Shown piece by piece: positions 35,024 to 47,878 of a stretch of 64,000 bases of DNA (position 1 is the first letter of the stretch; each line of letters starts with the position of its first letter). Under the pieces are notes generated by a model. It worked only from the letters and a program-made list of their open reading frames with translations. It did not search any database and was not told the origin of the DNA. Origin of the DNA: Adineta vaga (taxonomy: Eukaryota > Animalia > Rotifera); the NCBI GenBank assembly GCA_021613535.1, contig CP075496.1:868001-932000 (forward strand). The letters run 5' to 3'. The translations under genes were made by a program, and so were the position numbers.

Positions 35024-37879
35024 TTAAAAGTGAATATTTTTCAGTAAAAAAAGGAAAAGTACTAGAAGAAAGTTCGAAAAAACATTTGTATAAATAAATG
35101 CACTTTTAGATTTCTTTTGTGGTAATACAGCCTCTTCAACCGAAACTGTTAATGATTCCCAATAATGTAAATCATGATTCTTTTCTTCATTGAATAAAGT
35201 ATCTTTCATACAATGTTCTTTTTCTGAGCCATGCTCATCATGACAATTTTGTTCAGTTGAAAATATTTGATTTGTAGTTTCTTTCGATAAATCAGATAGA
35301 TTGTTGAAGGAGGATGATACTGATCGATGGTCATCGATATCATCATATAAATAATAAAATAATGAAGTATTTCTTGAAATACGCCATGATTCTCCATATT
35401 CAAACAAAGTTTGTTCATTACTTTCATTAATTGATATTCTTGTACCATTTGGAAACATTAGACCATTCGAATCACCTAATAGACCATGAGATGGCATAGA
35501 TAATTTACTAAATTTTCCTCGTTCTAATAATGTTTCCAAATCAAAAAAATCAAAAGTCGGACGAATTGTTGCACGAAGTCGAAGAGAACTTTTGGCAAAA
35601 GATATTTTAAATGCTCCATTAATCTTTCGTTTTATTTTCACATATTCATCTTCATAGATAAGTACTGAAACAGCAAATTCTTCATGAGGTAATTCAATTA
35701 ATTTTGTATCAATACGAATTTCCAAATGTTGATATTTTGGAAATAATTCAAATTGAACACGTCTTTTACCTTGTAAAAATCCAATAACAAAAGCAGTGAT
35801 TCCAACATTAGAATTCATTTGATTATCATGATGTGTGGTAAGACGTATTTGAATTTCTTGTTCATTTAGATTTGGTAAAGCTAATAATGTATATTCACCT
35901 TGACTTCGAAATACATATGTACTTCCATTTAATGTAACAAAATAAGGATCTCCATGTCTTTCAATAGATTCCGATTCGAACTCTTCACAACGTCCTGCCG
36001 GACGATATTTATAATAAGCTTTACACATTGATTCACTGATTAATAAACTTCGACAACAAGACCAATAAGAAAGAAAATCAGAAAAGAAATGACCAAACAT
36101 GCTTAAACTTTTTTCAAACCAACTATTTGCATCAGGTGAAATAACATCTAATGTTCCTGCTCCTTCTTTTCCTTGTTCAAGAAATTTTCCATATTCATCA
36201 TAACAACATTGTGCACCCGACCAAGTTATATCGGATTTCTTTCGATAACAACCTCTTGCCTTTTTATGATAAGCACAAGTTTCTTCAATCGGTTTTCGCG
36301 CATCACAACCTTCATCAATTCGAAATCCATGATATTCATCTGGCCACGATTGTGTTATTGGAATTTCACAAGGACAAACAGGAACTTGTTCAATATATTG
36401 ATTTGGATCAATTTGAAGTAATAACCAAGCAGGACAATAAGCAGCATGTAATGATGTTGCAGCAGTAAAGATTTTTGCACCGACAAATAGAGCTGAACGA
36501 AGCCATCCATCTTTATGTTTCATTTCAAATGAAATTTGTAATGCATGAACACGATCAGTTGGATCGGTTTCAACAGGAAAAAGTTGATCATAACGAATTG
36601 TTAAATTGCCAATTGATGAAAGATTAAGATAACCTAATCCTAAATCAATTTTTTGTCGTGTACGATTATAAAGTGTTTGATTATCTGCTGATAATTGTGT
36701 TGCATAATCATAAATAACAATACGAAAAAGATATTTCTTTGTAACTTCATTTGATTGAAATTCAAGAAGTAATTCATCATTATTTGGATCAGCAATTTGA
36801 TTTGTTAAATTAATATAATTTTTTAAAATTAATTCACCATGATCTTCGGGTACATGAGCAAGAAAATCAGTTGAATCAATAAGTTGATTTTCTTCTCGAT
36901 TAAATAATTCAATCTTAATTTTACCACTATCCATTAACATTGGCATTGTACAAACAATATACAAAGAATTTAATACACGACAATCATCTACAATTTGTTT
37001 ATCAATACGAATTTCATATATGGATTCGTTAAAACAAATTCCATGTAAACGAAATTCATATCCACCATAAATTGAACCACGAATTGGTGAAACTTGTAAA
37101 CCATTTGATGTTTCACATTGAATATCATTGATATGACCTGTTGTATGAAATATAAATTGACCGGGAATACCAATATTCGAATCATTAACAATACTAATAA
37201 TTTGTGATGAAAGTGACTTTTTCAAACGATAATAATTAATATTATCACCAGCATTGAATCCAATCTGTGCATAATTACCTGATTGATCTTGTGACCATTC
37301 TAATTGATGATAAGTAAATAATGTAAATGAATAAAATCCATTCGTTGTTAATATTGCTTGATATGTATTTCGATTTGTTTCATTTTTCATATCAGGTAAT
37401 TCATACCAAGTAATAACAAATGCCCATAACATATGTTGAGATGCTAATTTTGGAAAACCATTACGAAGAGTTTTTGTTATTTTATGAAGAATTTCTGGTT
37501 CATTTTTCAAGAGAATTTCACGATAGAAGATATTATTTAATATATCACTTGTCATATTTGTATCAATCCAATAAGGAGCAACACAAACTAAATCTTGAAA
37601 TGGAAATGGATCTGATGATTTATATAATTGAGAACATGTATGATTTCCAAAGATGATTAAACCTTGACTTGATATACGAAGTTGATCATAGAATGTATTG
37701 AAAAATGAATATCGGACAGATAAGGAAATTGGTTCACTGAGATGATCAAGTTCATTGGCTAAAGTTTTATCATTATGTTCAATACCAAATGGAATAAAAT
37801 TGTTTATTTCAATAGAAATACTCAAACATAATAAATGAAAGAATAACAGAGATTTAAACATTATTAGTATTAATATCAT
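35024..37879 (-). CDS. SUSD2/Mesh-like extracellular protein (NIDO, IPT/TIG, AMOP, VWD), intronless, hydrophobic C-terminal tail
   Basis: NIDO (VAPYWID..RNTYQAILTTNG..AQIGFNAGD..SNIGIPGQFIF), IPT (VSPIRGSIYGG..CTMP), AMOP (VPVCPC..YHKKARGCYR..GAQCCYD..YYKYRP), VWD (GDPYFVTLNG..GEYTL..HGLLG). A TATA-like motif near 37900 favours the ATG at 37879 or 37861 over 37927. Confidence 0.88.
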   Translation of the reverse strand: MILILIMFKSLLFFHLLCLSISIEINNFIPFGIEHNDKTLANELDHLSEPISLSVRYSFFNTFYDQLRISSQGLIIFGNHTCSQLYKSSDPFPFQDLVCVAPYWIDTNMTSDILNNIFYREILLKNEPEILHKITKTLRNGFPKLASQHMLWAFVITWYELPDMKNETNRNTYQAILTTNGFYSFTLFTYHQLEWSQDQSGNYAQIGFNAGDNINYYRLKKSLSSQIISIVNDSNIGIPGQFIFHTTGHINDIQCETSNGLQVSPIRGSIYGGYEFRLHGICFNESIYEIRIDKQIVDDCRVLNSLYIVCTMPMLMDSGKIKIELFNREENQLIDSTDFLAHVPEDHGELILKNYINLTNQIADPNNDELLLEFQSNEVTKKYLFRIVIYDYATQLSADNQTLYNRTRQKIDLGLGYLNLSSIGNLTIRYDQLFPVETDPTDRVHALQISFEMKHKDGWLRSALFVGAKIFTAATSLHAAYCPAWLLLQIDPNQYIEQVPVCPCEIPITQSWPDEYHGFRIDEGCDARKPIEETCAYHKKARGCYRKKSDITWSGAQCCYDEYGKFLEQGKEGAGTLDVISPDANSWFEKSLSMFGHFFSDFLSYWSCCRSLLISESMCKAYYKYRPAGRCEEFESESIERHGDPYFVTLNGSTYVFRSQGEYTLLALPNLNEQEIQIRLTTHHDNQMNSNVGITAFVIGFLQGKRRVQFELFPKYQHLEIRIDTKLIELPHEEFAVSVLIYEDEYVKIKRKINGAFKISFAKSSLRLRATIRPTFDFFDLETLLERGKFSKLSMPSHGLLGDSNGLMFPNGTRISINESNEQTLFEYGESWRISRNTSLFYYLYDDIDDHRSVSSSFNNLSDLSKETTNQIFSTEQNCHDEHGSEKEHCMKDTLFNEEKNHDLHYWESLTVSVEEAVLPQKKSKSAFIYTNVFSNFLLVLFLFLLKNIHF

Positions 37880-40065
37880 TGTACTGTTTATATCAACATC
37901 TTTATATAGTAGTAGTAGTAGAGACATACTTTGCTCCCTTCTTATCAGAACACGTGATCATGTACGTTTTTACTTTTAACTAAAATTTAATATAAGAATG
38001 AGTCAATGTCTATCAGACGAGAGAATGGTTATTCAGTACTTTTATAATTATTATACAATAAACATATGAAATGATTTTATTTTAAGATTTTATTGAATAG
38101 ATTTCTATAGCTCATTAAAATTGAAAGATATTATATTGTAAACGAGGAATGATCGGAATAAGATTAATCTCATCTTTGGCAAATATTAATATTGTAAAGG
38201 ATTCGATGTTATTGATACTAAATGAAGACGAACATTGAATAACGATATTATAAAATGAATTGAACTACAAAATTTTGAATGCTCTATTCAGACTATTCGT
38301 GTAGACGGGTGATGTGTTTGACAACATAGAGACTTTATCTATTTATTCCAGAATCGTCAAAGAAGAAAACAAATTCTTATGAGAAACATGTTATGATAGA
38401 TAAGTAAATGATTGCCATTATTATAAAGAAAACACTAGATTTTTTATTTCTGTTCTTTCTTCTCTATATAGAATAGACGATCAGTAAAAGAATGGCAAAG
38501 TAATAAAAAATACTATAGTGAGTAGAGCAATGACTGAGAGTAACATTTTTTTCTCTCATTCTATTCGTTCTGGTTAGAATTGTTTCATTCGTACTGTCAT
38601 TCCTCTTCGAGCTGACGCCGTTATGTCTAACATTACAACTCGATCATCATTTATTAGAACTATTTATGATTGTCAACAGAGACCAATGTGAGGATACGAA
38701 AGGTCGAGAAGAAAAGAAGCATTCTTATATTTTATTCATTTATACACCGAGTATAACATAAATAAGTGATGAGAGTTTGGTATGCAGAGCAACGTCGATC
38801 AACATTATAATAATTCTTCATACAATCATATTCACTGCAATACAGCAGAATGAACCTATCAAACATCACATCTTACCGATAGTTAATTGAATGATTCGTA
38901 AAAGTAAAGGACAAATTGATAAAATCTTCATATAGATCGAGAAATGCGGTAATTATTTACTTATGTTGTGTATATTCATTAGAAAGAACATTAAAAACAT
39001 CATAAAAAAAATAAAGAATAATTTCCTTCCGAAAGATTTTAATCAAGCATAATGGATGATTTTTTTTATTGAATAGCAAAACCCTTGTTGGTTTTTTTTT
39101 GTCTAACTATTTGATATAGCACGCGATTTCTAGTTAGAAACATCTAGCCATGTAAATTTTTGTTCTTGGAAAACGATTCTGTATAACGGAAAGCATCTTT
39201 TTTTTTCTTCTGTTCTTCGTCTTCTTTTTCCTTTCTCGAGTCAAGGAAAAATCAACAATGTGAGAAACGGGAGAAAAAATGCTTTTTTTCCTCATATCAA
39301 CGAAGAAATCTCTTTTTTCTGAAATGTAGTTTATCGTTCTTTCTACAGATTAGCACTTCATCAATGTTTCCAAACGTTATTTCTGTCTAAAGAAATGTCT
39401 AGTAGATGAGAATTAAGGTGAAAGAATCCAATTCTAAAGTGTTCTTGTGGTTTCATAAAATCCATATTTCAGACAGGGAGATTTTTACTTTTTTTGAGGG
39501 TATCTTCCGAAAAATAAATCCAAGATTCGAGTTATTTCTGGAGGTCGGCATCATCGTTTTAGGAATGAGAAAGAATAAAAAAAAAGACGTATAACGACAT
39601 GAGATATAGACAGACAATAACGTGCGACTAGCATGCTTAAGTCATATACATAAGCAAATAAGAAAAAATTGGAGAGAACGAAAGAAAAGATAAGACATGA
39701 GTATTTCTACCGCCATACTGATATATAATACGTAGGTATAAAAGAAAAGGTTGTGCAATTATTCGTTCTCTATGAATTCTCATAGATGCAATTATTTTCT
39801 CTATTTTACTTCTCATTTGTTTTGTTTATTTAGTTTTTTTGCTTCTATCTCGAAATATTCTTATGAGGAACATATTCGAATGTATTTTAAGACAAAATAT
39901 ACAGTTTGAAAATTGTTATGGAACTCATTTTTTGCGCCATTACTAAATATTGTTTTTGATTCGAATATTCAAAGAAAAAATCAATTTCTATTTAGATTAT
40001 AAATGAAAATCATTTAGATAAAGACGACGATCGATCGCATTGGTGGTGAGAAAAAACTTACTTCA

Positions 40066-41333
40066 ATGTCATTAAAACAATTTTATTTTTCATTCTCTCG
40101 TCAATATTTACGGCTTTCATCATTATCTACCAAACTGATTTTGCTCATATGCATTTTCATCTTTATTTTTGGATTTAAACAAATTTTCTTCAATAAAAAC
40201 TCATGGTGTAATCCAGAGAAACCATTATGGTGGTTTTGTCCATGGCCAGGTCAAGAAACGATTTGTAGTTGGGATGAACATTATCCTAAAATCAATCAAA
40301 ATAATCGGTAAATTTCAATTTATAAATCGAATATCTTTCATTTCATTTTCTTCATTATTCAAGTTCACCTGAATACTACGAACAATTTCTTCAGTCACTT
40401 CCAAAACGTCGTTCATCATTTGTTTTCAACAATTCAACATTATCTAAATGTAATGAATCTTCCATTGATCTTCTCATATTTGTCATTTCAAAATGTTCTC
40501 ATGGATCAATTCGACAATCAATTCGTCGAACATGGGCAAATCTTCAACTCTTACACAATCATTATAAAACACTTTCAATTAAATTATTATTCTTAGTTGA
40601 TAATGATTCTCAATCAACACAAAAGATTCTTCTTGAAAATGAATATTATCAAGATATTGTTCAAGTTATTAATCTTCCAGAACAATATGAATTTGTTACA
40701 CAACGTGAATCAGCATTATATGAATTCGTTATAAAACGATGTCAACAAACGCGATTTGTATTTAAAACAGATGATGATATATTTATTAATACATTTCTCT
40801 TATTATCAAAAGTTCAATCATTGAATGAATTGGAAAATGAAAAGACAAAGAAGAAAAGTTATTTTCTATCTGGTTTTCCAATCGATTATGGTTTGGTTAT
40901 TCGTCATACAAAAGATTCTGTTGGACAACGATATATCATAACAAAGGATGAATATTTTTGTCCACGATATCCAAGATTTTTATCTGGTTTTGGTTATTTG
41001 ATGACATTGGAAACATGTTCATTGTTATTTGATGCTTATCAAAGAGATTCAAAACCGTTTCCATTATCTGATGTTTATTTTAGTGGATTATTATCTGAAA
41101 TGATGAATATTCCTCGTTTAACTATGTTTGAAAATGTTCATTATCGATATGAAAGTCAATGTAATGAAGATTTCTTTCGATTGAGTAACAAAAATGCCTT
41201 AGCATGTGCAGCATCGAATGATCATTTTCATGGAAAACAATCGCATGGCGATCGAAGTCTAATGAATGACTATAATTTATATTGGACTATTCTAATGGAA
41301 CAATATAATACGTTTAGGAATAGTAAAAGATAA
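40066..41333 (+). CDS. Beta-1,3-galactosyltransferase-family (GT31) enzyme, 1 intron
   Basis: N-terminal TM segment; RQSIRRTWAN, LLENEYYQDIVQ, FVFKTDDDIFIN (DxD), YPRFLSGFGY, LSDVYFSGL. Confidence 0.88.
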
Positions 41334-42715
41334 CAAATATGTACATTTTGTTTTTAATTGTGTTGTATAAAATTTTCTAATAAAATAATATTGAATGAAC
41401 CTGTGAGTATCTGATTGAGTTCTATGGAAATATTGTATGAGAGATAATGATTAGCCTCGTCGACAATTATATCGAATCTATGAATACATTTAACGTAGAA
41501 ATAGGTACTTTATCTAATTATAGATCATATTTCTATTTAATTCTTTATTTGTGAATGTATAAAACCCCGATTTTTGATAAAATAATCGTATATTAGAAAT
41601 CTCTATATTGAACTAATGACAAGAAGTAGTCACGTAATAGTTATTTTATTGTATCTATAAAGTTCTATTTTTCTTTGAATGTCTTGTAGAATATCGAAAT
41701 ATTTCTATACACACAAATTTCGAGTTCATTCATACATCATTGAGATCTGTCGTTAGATTCTAACTGATATTAAAAGGTGATTATTCATATATTTCTTTCA
41801 ATTCTTTGTTTTAATGTTCGAATCTTGTAACATGAAGAATATCAGAATATGTTCTATGATGATTTCATTAAAAATAGAATAGAAGATCTGTCTATATTCA
41901 TTCTAATACTTAAATAGTATCATTGAGATATATATATATAAAATTGAATTAAAATTCTCGAATTAAAGTTGACATACTTTACAAAGTTTCATTACAGTTT
42001 TATTCCTTCTTTCTTTGTGTATAAATCCCCAATTATAATATGAAATAATAAAAACGAGAGAGAACAAATTCTCGGGTATCGCGAACAGAGAGTTAATTGC
42101 AGTCGTGACCGTTGAGTTTAGCCAAGGAAGAGAAAAGAAAAAGAATACGTTTCTCTGGTAACTAAACAAGACTGAATAAGTTGCTTGTCGTGTACACAGA
42201 TACCTGAGAAAGAAGAAAAGAAAAGTTCGTACAATGATGAATAATTCTTCTCACATTCTAACAGTCATGCAATTCAATGTGTCGTTTCTTTCAAATATAT
42301 AGACTATGTATAATAAAATTAAATGTCCTTTTTTCTCTCGTAGAATGAGATAATGACAGACATATCGGTACAGGATTAATACATAATAAGATAGTGATAA
42401 GATAAATGAAGCATCGAACTAGAAAACGATGCGATGTTGAATATTTTGTTAGGCTTTTCATTGAATTCACTGTTTTACCTGTTCTCTCGTGTGTTTTTTT
42501 TTCATTCGAATATTTAAATTTTTCTTTTCTAGTTACATATTTATTTTACGTCAACATTTCGTGTTGATTATTTTTTCAAATTCAATTCCATTTCAGATCC
42601 ACGTGTCAATGCGTTCTTAGAATTTCTTCTCAAACTTGCACAATGATCTTTTATTATTCAAAGACAATAAATATGTTTGTGAAAATGAAACTTTAATATC
42701 AATCGAAATCAATGA

Positions 42716-43554
42716 ATGTTTTATACAAATAATTTTAAAAAAAACACACCTTTATTGTCGTTTATTCGAATGTTTTTTTTTTCTAATCAACGTTATCGAA
42801 GTTTATCTTTATTGAAAATTAGTATTTTAAGCATTGTCAGTGTTTTATGTGTTATTTCTTTGCTTACGTTTTACCCTTTGGAACGAATATGTGATCCAGC
42901 AGAACATCTCAGCTGGTTTTGTTCTTGGCCAGATCCTCAAACAACAGTTTGTTCATGGGATGATCATTTTCCGACTTTAACAGAGACATCTAGGTAAATT
43001 AAATCTTACAAATAATTAAAAGCTGAGCGTTCATTCAAAACAAAACCATATCATCTGAAGTTTTCTTTGTTTTTAGAACACCACAAGCATATCACAATTT
43101 ATTCTCATCACTTCCAAAACGTCGTTCATCATTCGTTTTCAACAATTCAACATTATCTAAATGTAATGAATCTTCCATTGATCTTCTCATATTTGTCATT
43201 TCAAAATGTTCTCATGGATCAATTCGACAATCAATTCGTCGAACATGGGCAAATCTTCATCTCTTACACAATCATTATAAAACTCTTTCAATTAAATTAT
43301 TATTCTTAGTTGATAATGATTCTCAATCAACACAAAAGATTCTTCTTGAAAATGAATATTATCAAGATATTGTTCAAGTTATTAATCTTCCAGAACAATA
43401 TGAATTTGTTACACAACGTGAATCAGCATTATATGAATTCGTTATAAAACGATGTCAACAAACGCGATTTGTATTCAAAACAGATGATGATATATTTATT
43501 AATACATTTCTCTTATTATCAAAAGTTCAATCATGTGAGGTTCTTTGCCGTTGA
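42716..43554 (+). pseudogene. Second GT31 paralogue, truncated just after the DxD motif
   Basis: Exon 1 is homologous but diverged; exon 2 (about 43109-43533) is near-identical to about 40396-40820; similarity stops abruptly at 43534 with a TGA at 43552-43554. Confidence 0.8.
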
Positions 43555-43638
43555 ATATATTTAAATATTGTAAGTAGACTGAATTGATAAGGAATAAATA
43601 TGTGTGTGTTAAGAGGAGACGAATGTCATTATTTAACA
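43534..43638 (+). mobile_element. Possible short solo LTR at the truncation breakpoint
   Basis: TGT..ACA ends, TATA-like TATATTTAAA and AATAAA inside; no TSD visible. Confidence 0.4.
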
Positions 43639-44839
43639 ATTTAATATTTGTTTAAAATACTTTCAAAATATTTAGAATTTATTGACGTCATAACTCACAA
43701 AATGAATTTCAGTATCTTCTTACAATTCAAATGATTAATTAACATAAAATATTTATTCTTAAATTTAAATTTCTCTCTAAATTAATGTTAATCTTAAAAA
43801 TACAAGTAGATTCAAAAGTAAACTGACTATCAACCTTCCGACTCTATTAGATGCATCGTTTTTTTCCTCTCTGTATATTGAAATTTAACTTAGATTCTTT
43901 TCGACCTTGTTCTTATAACTATAAGACCTAGAAATGCTTTCATCGTTGATATGTAACGTGACTTTTGGATATTGATTTATGAAAAAGAACTGTACATCAA
44001 ATTTTCAAATAACAACTATAAGCTATTAACACTTTTTAATGTTGTTATAGTACACAGGTACTGTACTCTACAAATATATGAATCTTTAAAAGTTCCGTCT
44101 TTTCTTTCAGTTTATACGAATTAAATAACTTTAACACGGTACTACACTCCTCAATCTTGAAAATTTTGTTATGATTGTTATGGATAGAGATTATCATTAT
44201 ACAAATAGTTTCAATTTTCTTCAATAATATAAGATGATGTATGGATCAAGTCACACATACCTGATGTGCAAATTATGAGTCGTTTTAAGCAATACCATAT
44301 TCACTAAATACATAAAGGCAGTACTTAACATTTGCAAATAATTCTAGAATAATTTTTTGTCGAACGTATGGAACAGTCTTTAAAAAAGTCTATGTACTAA
44401 ATGTCAATTCGTTTAGCGTTCTACTGTATAAACATTCATTCGAGTCGATTTGAATACTTTTCGAAACAATTGAAGTATTTCAAGAATCTTTGAAATGTTC
44501 TTGTTTTTATAACTCTGTATGTCTAAAGCACATTTTTATGGTCTTTTTTTTACAAAGATCTGAAAAGATTTTTTTCGATAAAAATATCTCCTGAATATTT
44601 GATTCAAACGTCGAGATGATTCCCATATATTTATTTGTCATCTCTTGATATATTTATAATTTAATCCAATGGAAAAATTCGAACTTTATAGGATGAATTT
44701 GATAAACTAAAAAGCAAACACAAAACGAATATCACAAGAAGAAAAATTTTGAATGGAAATGAAAACAATGAAATGTAAGAGATTCTTTAGAAACAAAAAC
44801 AAGAAATGTCTTTCAAATCGATTTTGATTTTCAAATGTA

Positions 44840-47800
44840 TTAATTATGCAACTGAACTTCTTTATTAAATGACCATTTTTGACTTGGAATATTTATATCA
44901 CATTGTGCTGAAAAAAGATCGATTAGTTTATTTGTTTTTTCTCTATAAAAATCACTTTGTAAATCTTACCAAGAACAACATCAGAACTGCCGGAAACTTG
45001 TAGACATTGGCCCTTATAAGATTGATGTTTCAATTGGGAAGTCTAATACAAAAATGAAACATATCAAGTGAATTTGTTTTCTTTCAATCGTACCTGTTGA
45101 TCATATTCCCATTTCTGTTCAATTCGATCTTCAACACACATTGCTAAAATAATATCTTGATTTGATGTTTTATCGGAATTTGGTTCCAAACATAATTCAT
45201 CAAAATGAATTCTATTCGATTTTGTATATAAAAATATCTATTCAATGACAAAGAAAGAATATTTTCTTTTGAGAATCAATGATTTTTCTTAACAAACTTG
45301 ATTTCCACCCTCGGTATGACAAGCTTGAGCTGAAACTTTAGTATTTAGACCTTTTGATATATCAGGACCTGTCATTGAATCTAAACAACGACGGCCATTT
45401 GTTGAAATCTAAATAAAATCTGTTTTTTCTGTTTTCTTCTTCAAAATAGCGAAAATCCTACCGATCCAATAAAACGATGATCAAATGGAAAGTTTTTTAA
45501 TTTAAACATATCCAAATAAGTTCGAAATGAAGAACAATTTAATTTAGCTCGAAGTTCTAATCGACTTGAAACATCACCTCCATCAAGACGTTTTATATCG
45601 GGATTAACAGCATAGATTAATTCTTTATATTCATCTAACCAAACTAATGCAACACGTTTATAATTTTTAAATATTGTCACAAAGATTGATTCATGTTCAA
45701 GAAATTTATATGGTGTTTCTTTTCGAAAGACATGTGCAACATGAGAACATGGATGAATTAATATTCTTCCACCACACATCCAACATTTAAATGACATTTC
45801 ACTAAAATAATTGAAGAAAATACTTTTTTTGAAGAAGAAGAAGGAAAAGAAAATTTCACATACAGATTTTCTCCGCCCCAAATTTTGATTCCTTCATCAT
45901 ACATTCCTAATTCTTCAAAATAAAGACGATCGATTGCATAAAGACCACCAGCCATTGTTGGTGTTCTAAAGAATATCGAATATTTATAATCATAAAAAAA
46001 ATTGAATTCTTCTACCTAATAGGAGCACTTTGATCTATTATTGTTGTACCTTCAATTTTTGACCAACGGAATATCATCTTCCAACTAAATGTTCCAAAAA
46101 TATCTGTTGCTCCGTGTAATAATTGAAATGCATCCCAAGTTAATACATCAATAATTGGACAAACAATGGATTTTCTAAACAGAATAAATTGTTTGCTTAC
46201 ACGTCTGTACTTCACTGATGGATCGAAAAACAATATAAAAATACAAGGATTTTTTTCTCATAAAACCGTAATCTTCGAATCTCATGTTACTTTTTCATCA
46301 TTCTAAACTCTCCTAATCAAAATCTTTATTGGAAATTTGAGTAAAAAGTAATCAGTAACGATTGTTTATGAATTCGTGTCTATGAAAATCCTTGTTGAAT
46401 ATCTCTCACGGTCAATGATATCACCTATGACCAAAATGATGTAATTTCAATTAAAAAATGTCTATTCTATTTATAATGAGAAAGGGAATTCGATTGAGTA
46501 CTTTCCTTGTCTGTATTTTAACTTTCTCTCATGTTTACATTTGAAACGAGAAGAAAATATTCTCACCGATCTTTTTGAATTTCTTCAAGTAAATAGAAAA
46601 GCCATCCATTGAGAACTTCAACATGTGAATCAAGAAACATCAATGTTTCTCCTGTTGCAATCTTTGCCGCTAAAACAATACGAACATTGTTCTAATCAAA
46701 TCTAAGATTTTCTTTCTTACCTTTAACTCGTGAACTAATTAATCCTAAACGTTTATCATTTCGAAGAAGAATTGTTCGAACTGGAAGTGTTTCAATAAAT
46801 CTTTGTAATGGTTCATGAAGATATTCTATAAATAAATGAAATATGAAAATCTTTCGTTTTGTTTTTTTCTTTCAAATTATTTCTTCAAACCTCGATCAAC
46901 ACTTGCATCATCAAGTAAAATAATTTCATGAATTAATCTCCATGGTGTTCGATTAACAATACTAACTAATGTTCTTAATAACGTCGAATTTCCTTCATTA
47001 TGAAAAACAATAATAATCGATGTATTTGGTAAATCATGATTGAATTCTGAATGAGCTTTACAACTAAATTGAATATTTTTATTGATTTTTCTTTCTTATA
47101 TTTTAACAAAAAGTCATACTTTTGATTTCGTATATCAGGCATTGCACGATTCAATGCAATTCGATCACTAACAGCAATATCAAACATATTTTCAGCAAAA
47201 CGTGCTTTTGATTCTTCTAAAAGATCTTCAGGTGGAAGATAAGCTGAACCCATTTCTCCAGGCCAATCGGACGGATTTTGATTCATCATTAAAGCTAAAG
47301 AAAGTTTAGTATATAGAATACTTTTAAATTGATTTCATTTCTTACATTCATCTGAAATTACATAATTATCTTCACAACCTTGATCTCTATCACACACTCC
47401 ATCGTCGTAAATATCTTTAAATTGTATTTTCGTAACAGGTTTCGTTGAAATTTTCTTCGCTGATTTTGTCCGTTGAATTTCTACGAAATAAAACAAAGAA
47501 TTCATCGAACATAAAGTGTTCGAAAAACAAACTTGATTGATGAATATCTCCCATGTCTTCTCCATTCTGATCGGAATCTGAACAAAAACCGATAAAAACA
47601 TGTCCAATTCCACAAAAAGCTTCTAAAAATCGAAGTAAAATCTTGTATTTCCAAACTAAAAACAAAAGCTTTTCTTTACTTTGAACAAGTCCAGTCTGTG
47701 AACATTTTGTCGATGATGAGGATGAATATCGACTTGTTGCAAAAACACTAAGAATAAGAATAACTGCCCATATCAACGATGTGATAAGAACAGGATGAAA

Positions 47801-47878
47801 ACTATTTGATTCATTTCGATTCGGTGCCATTGTGTCTCTTGTTGATGTCTGTGGAGTTCCAACACCGCGTCTTCTCAT
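44840..47878 (-). CDS. Polypeptide N-acetylgalactosaminyltransferase (GT27) with ricin-type lectin domain, multi-exon
   Basis: TM segment; [36 protein letters not shown] (DxH), [34 protein letters not shown]; lectin CH..GGNQ and QKW repeats. GALNT subfamily not resolved. Confidence 0.93.

Noticed and set aside
38687-38758. TGT..ACA segment resembling a tiny solo LTR
   Set aside because: Only about 72 bp, no TSD and no second copy in the window.
46243-46395. Imperfect inverted repeat in the long GALNT intron (also one at about 15194-15253)
   Set aside because: Probably old MITE remnants, but too degenerate to define ends or a TSD.
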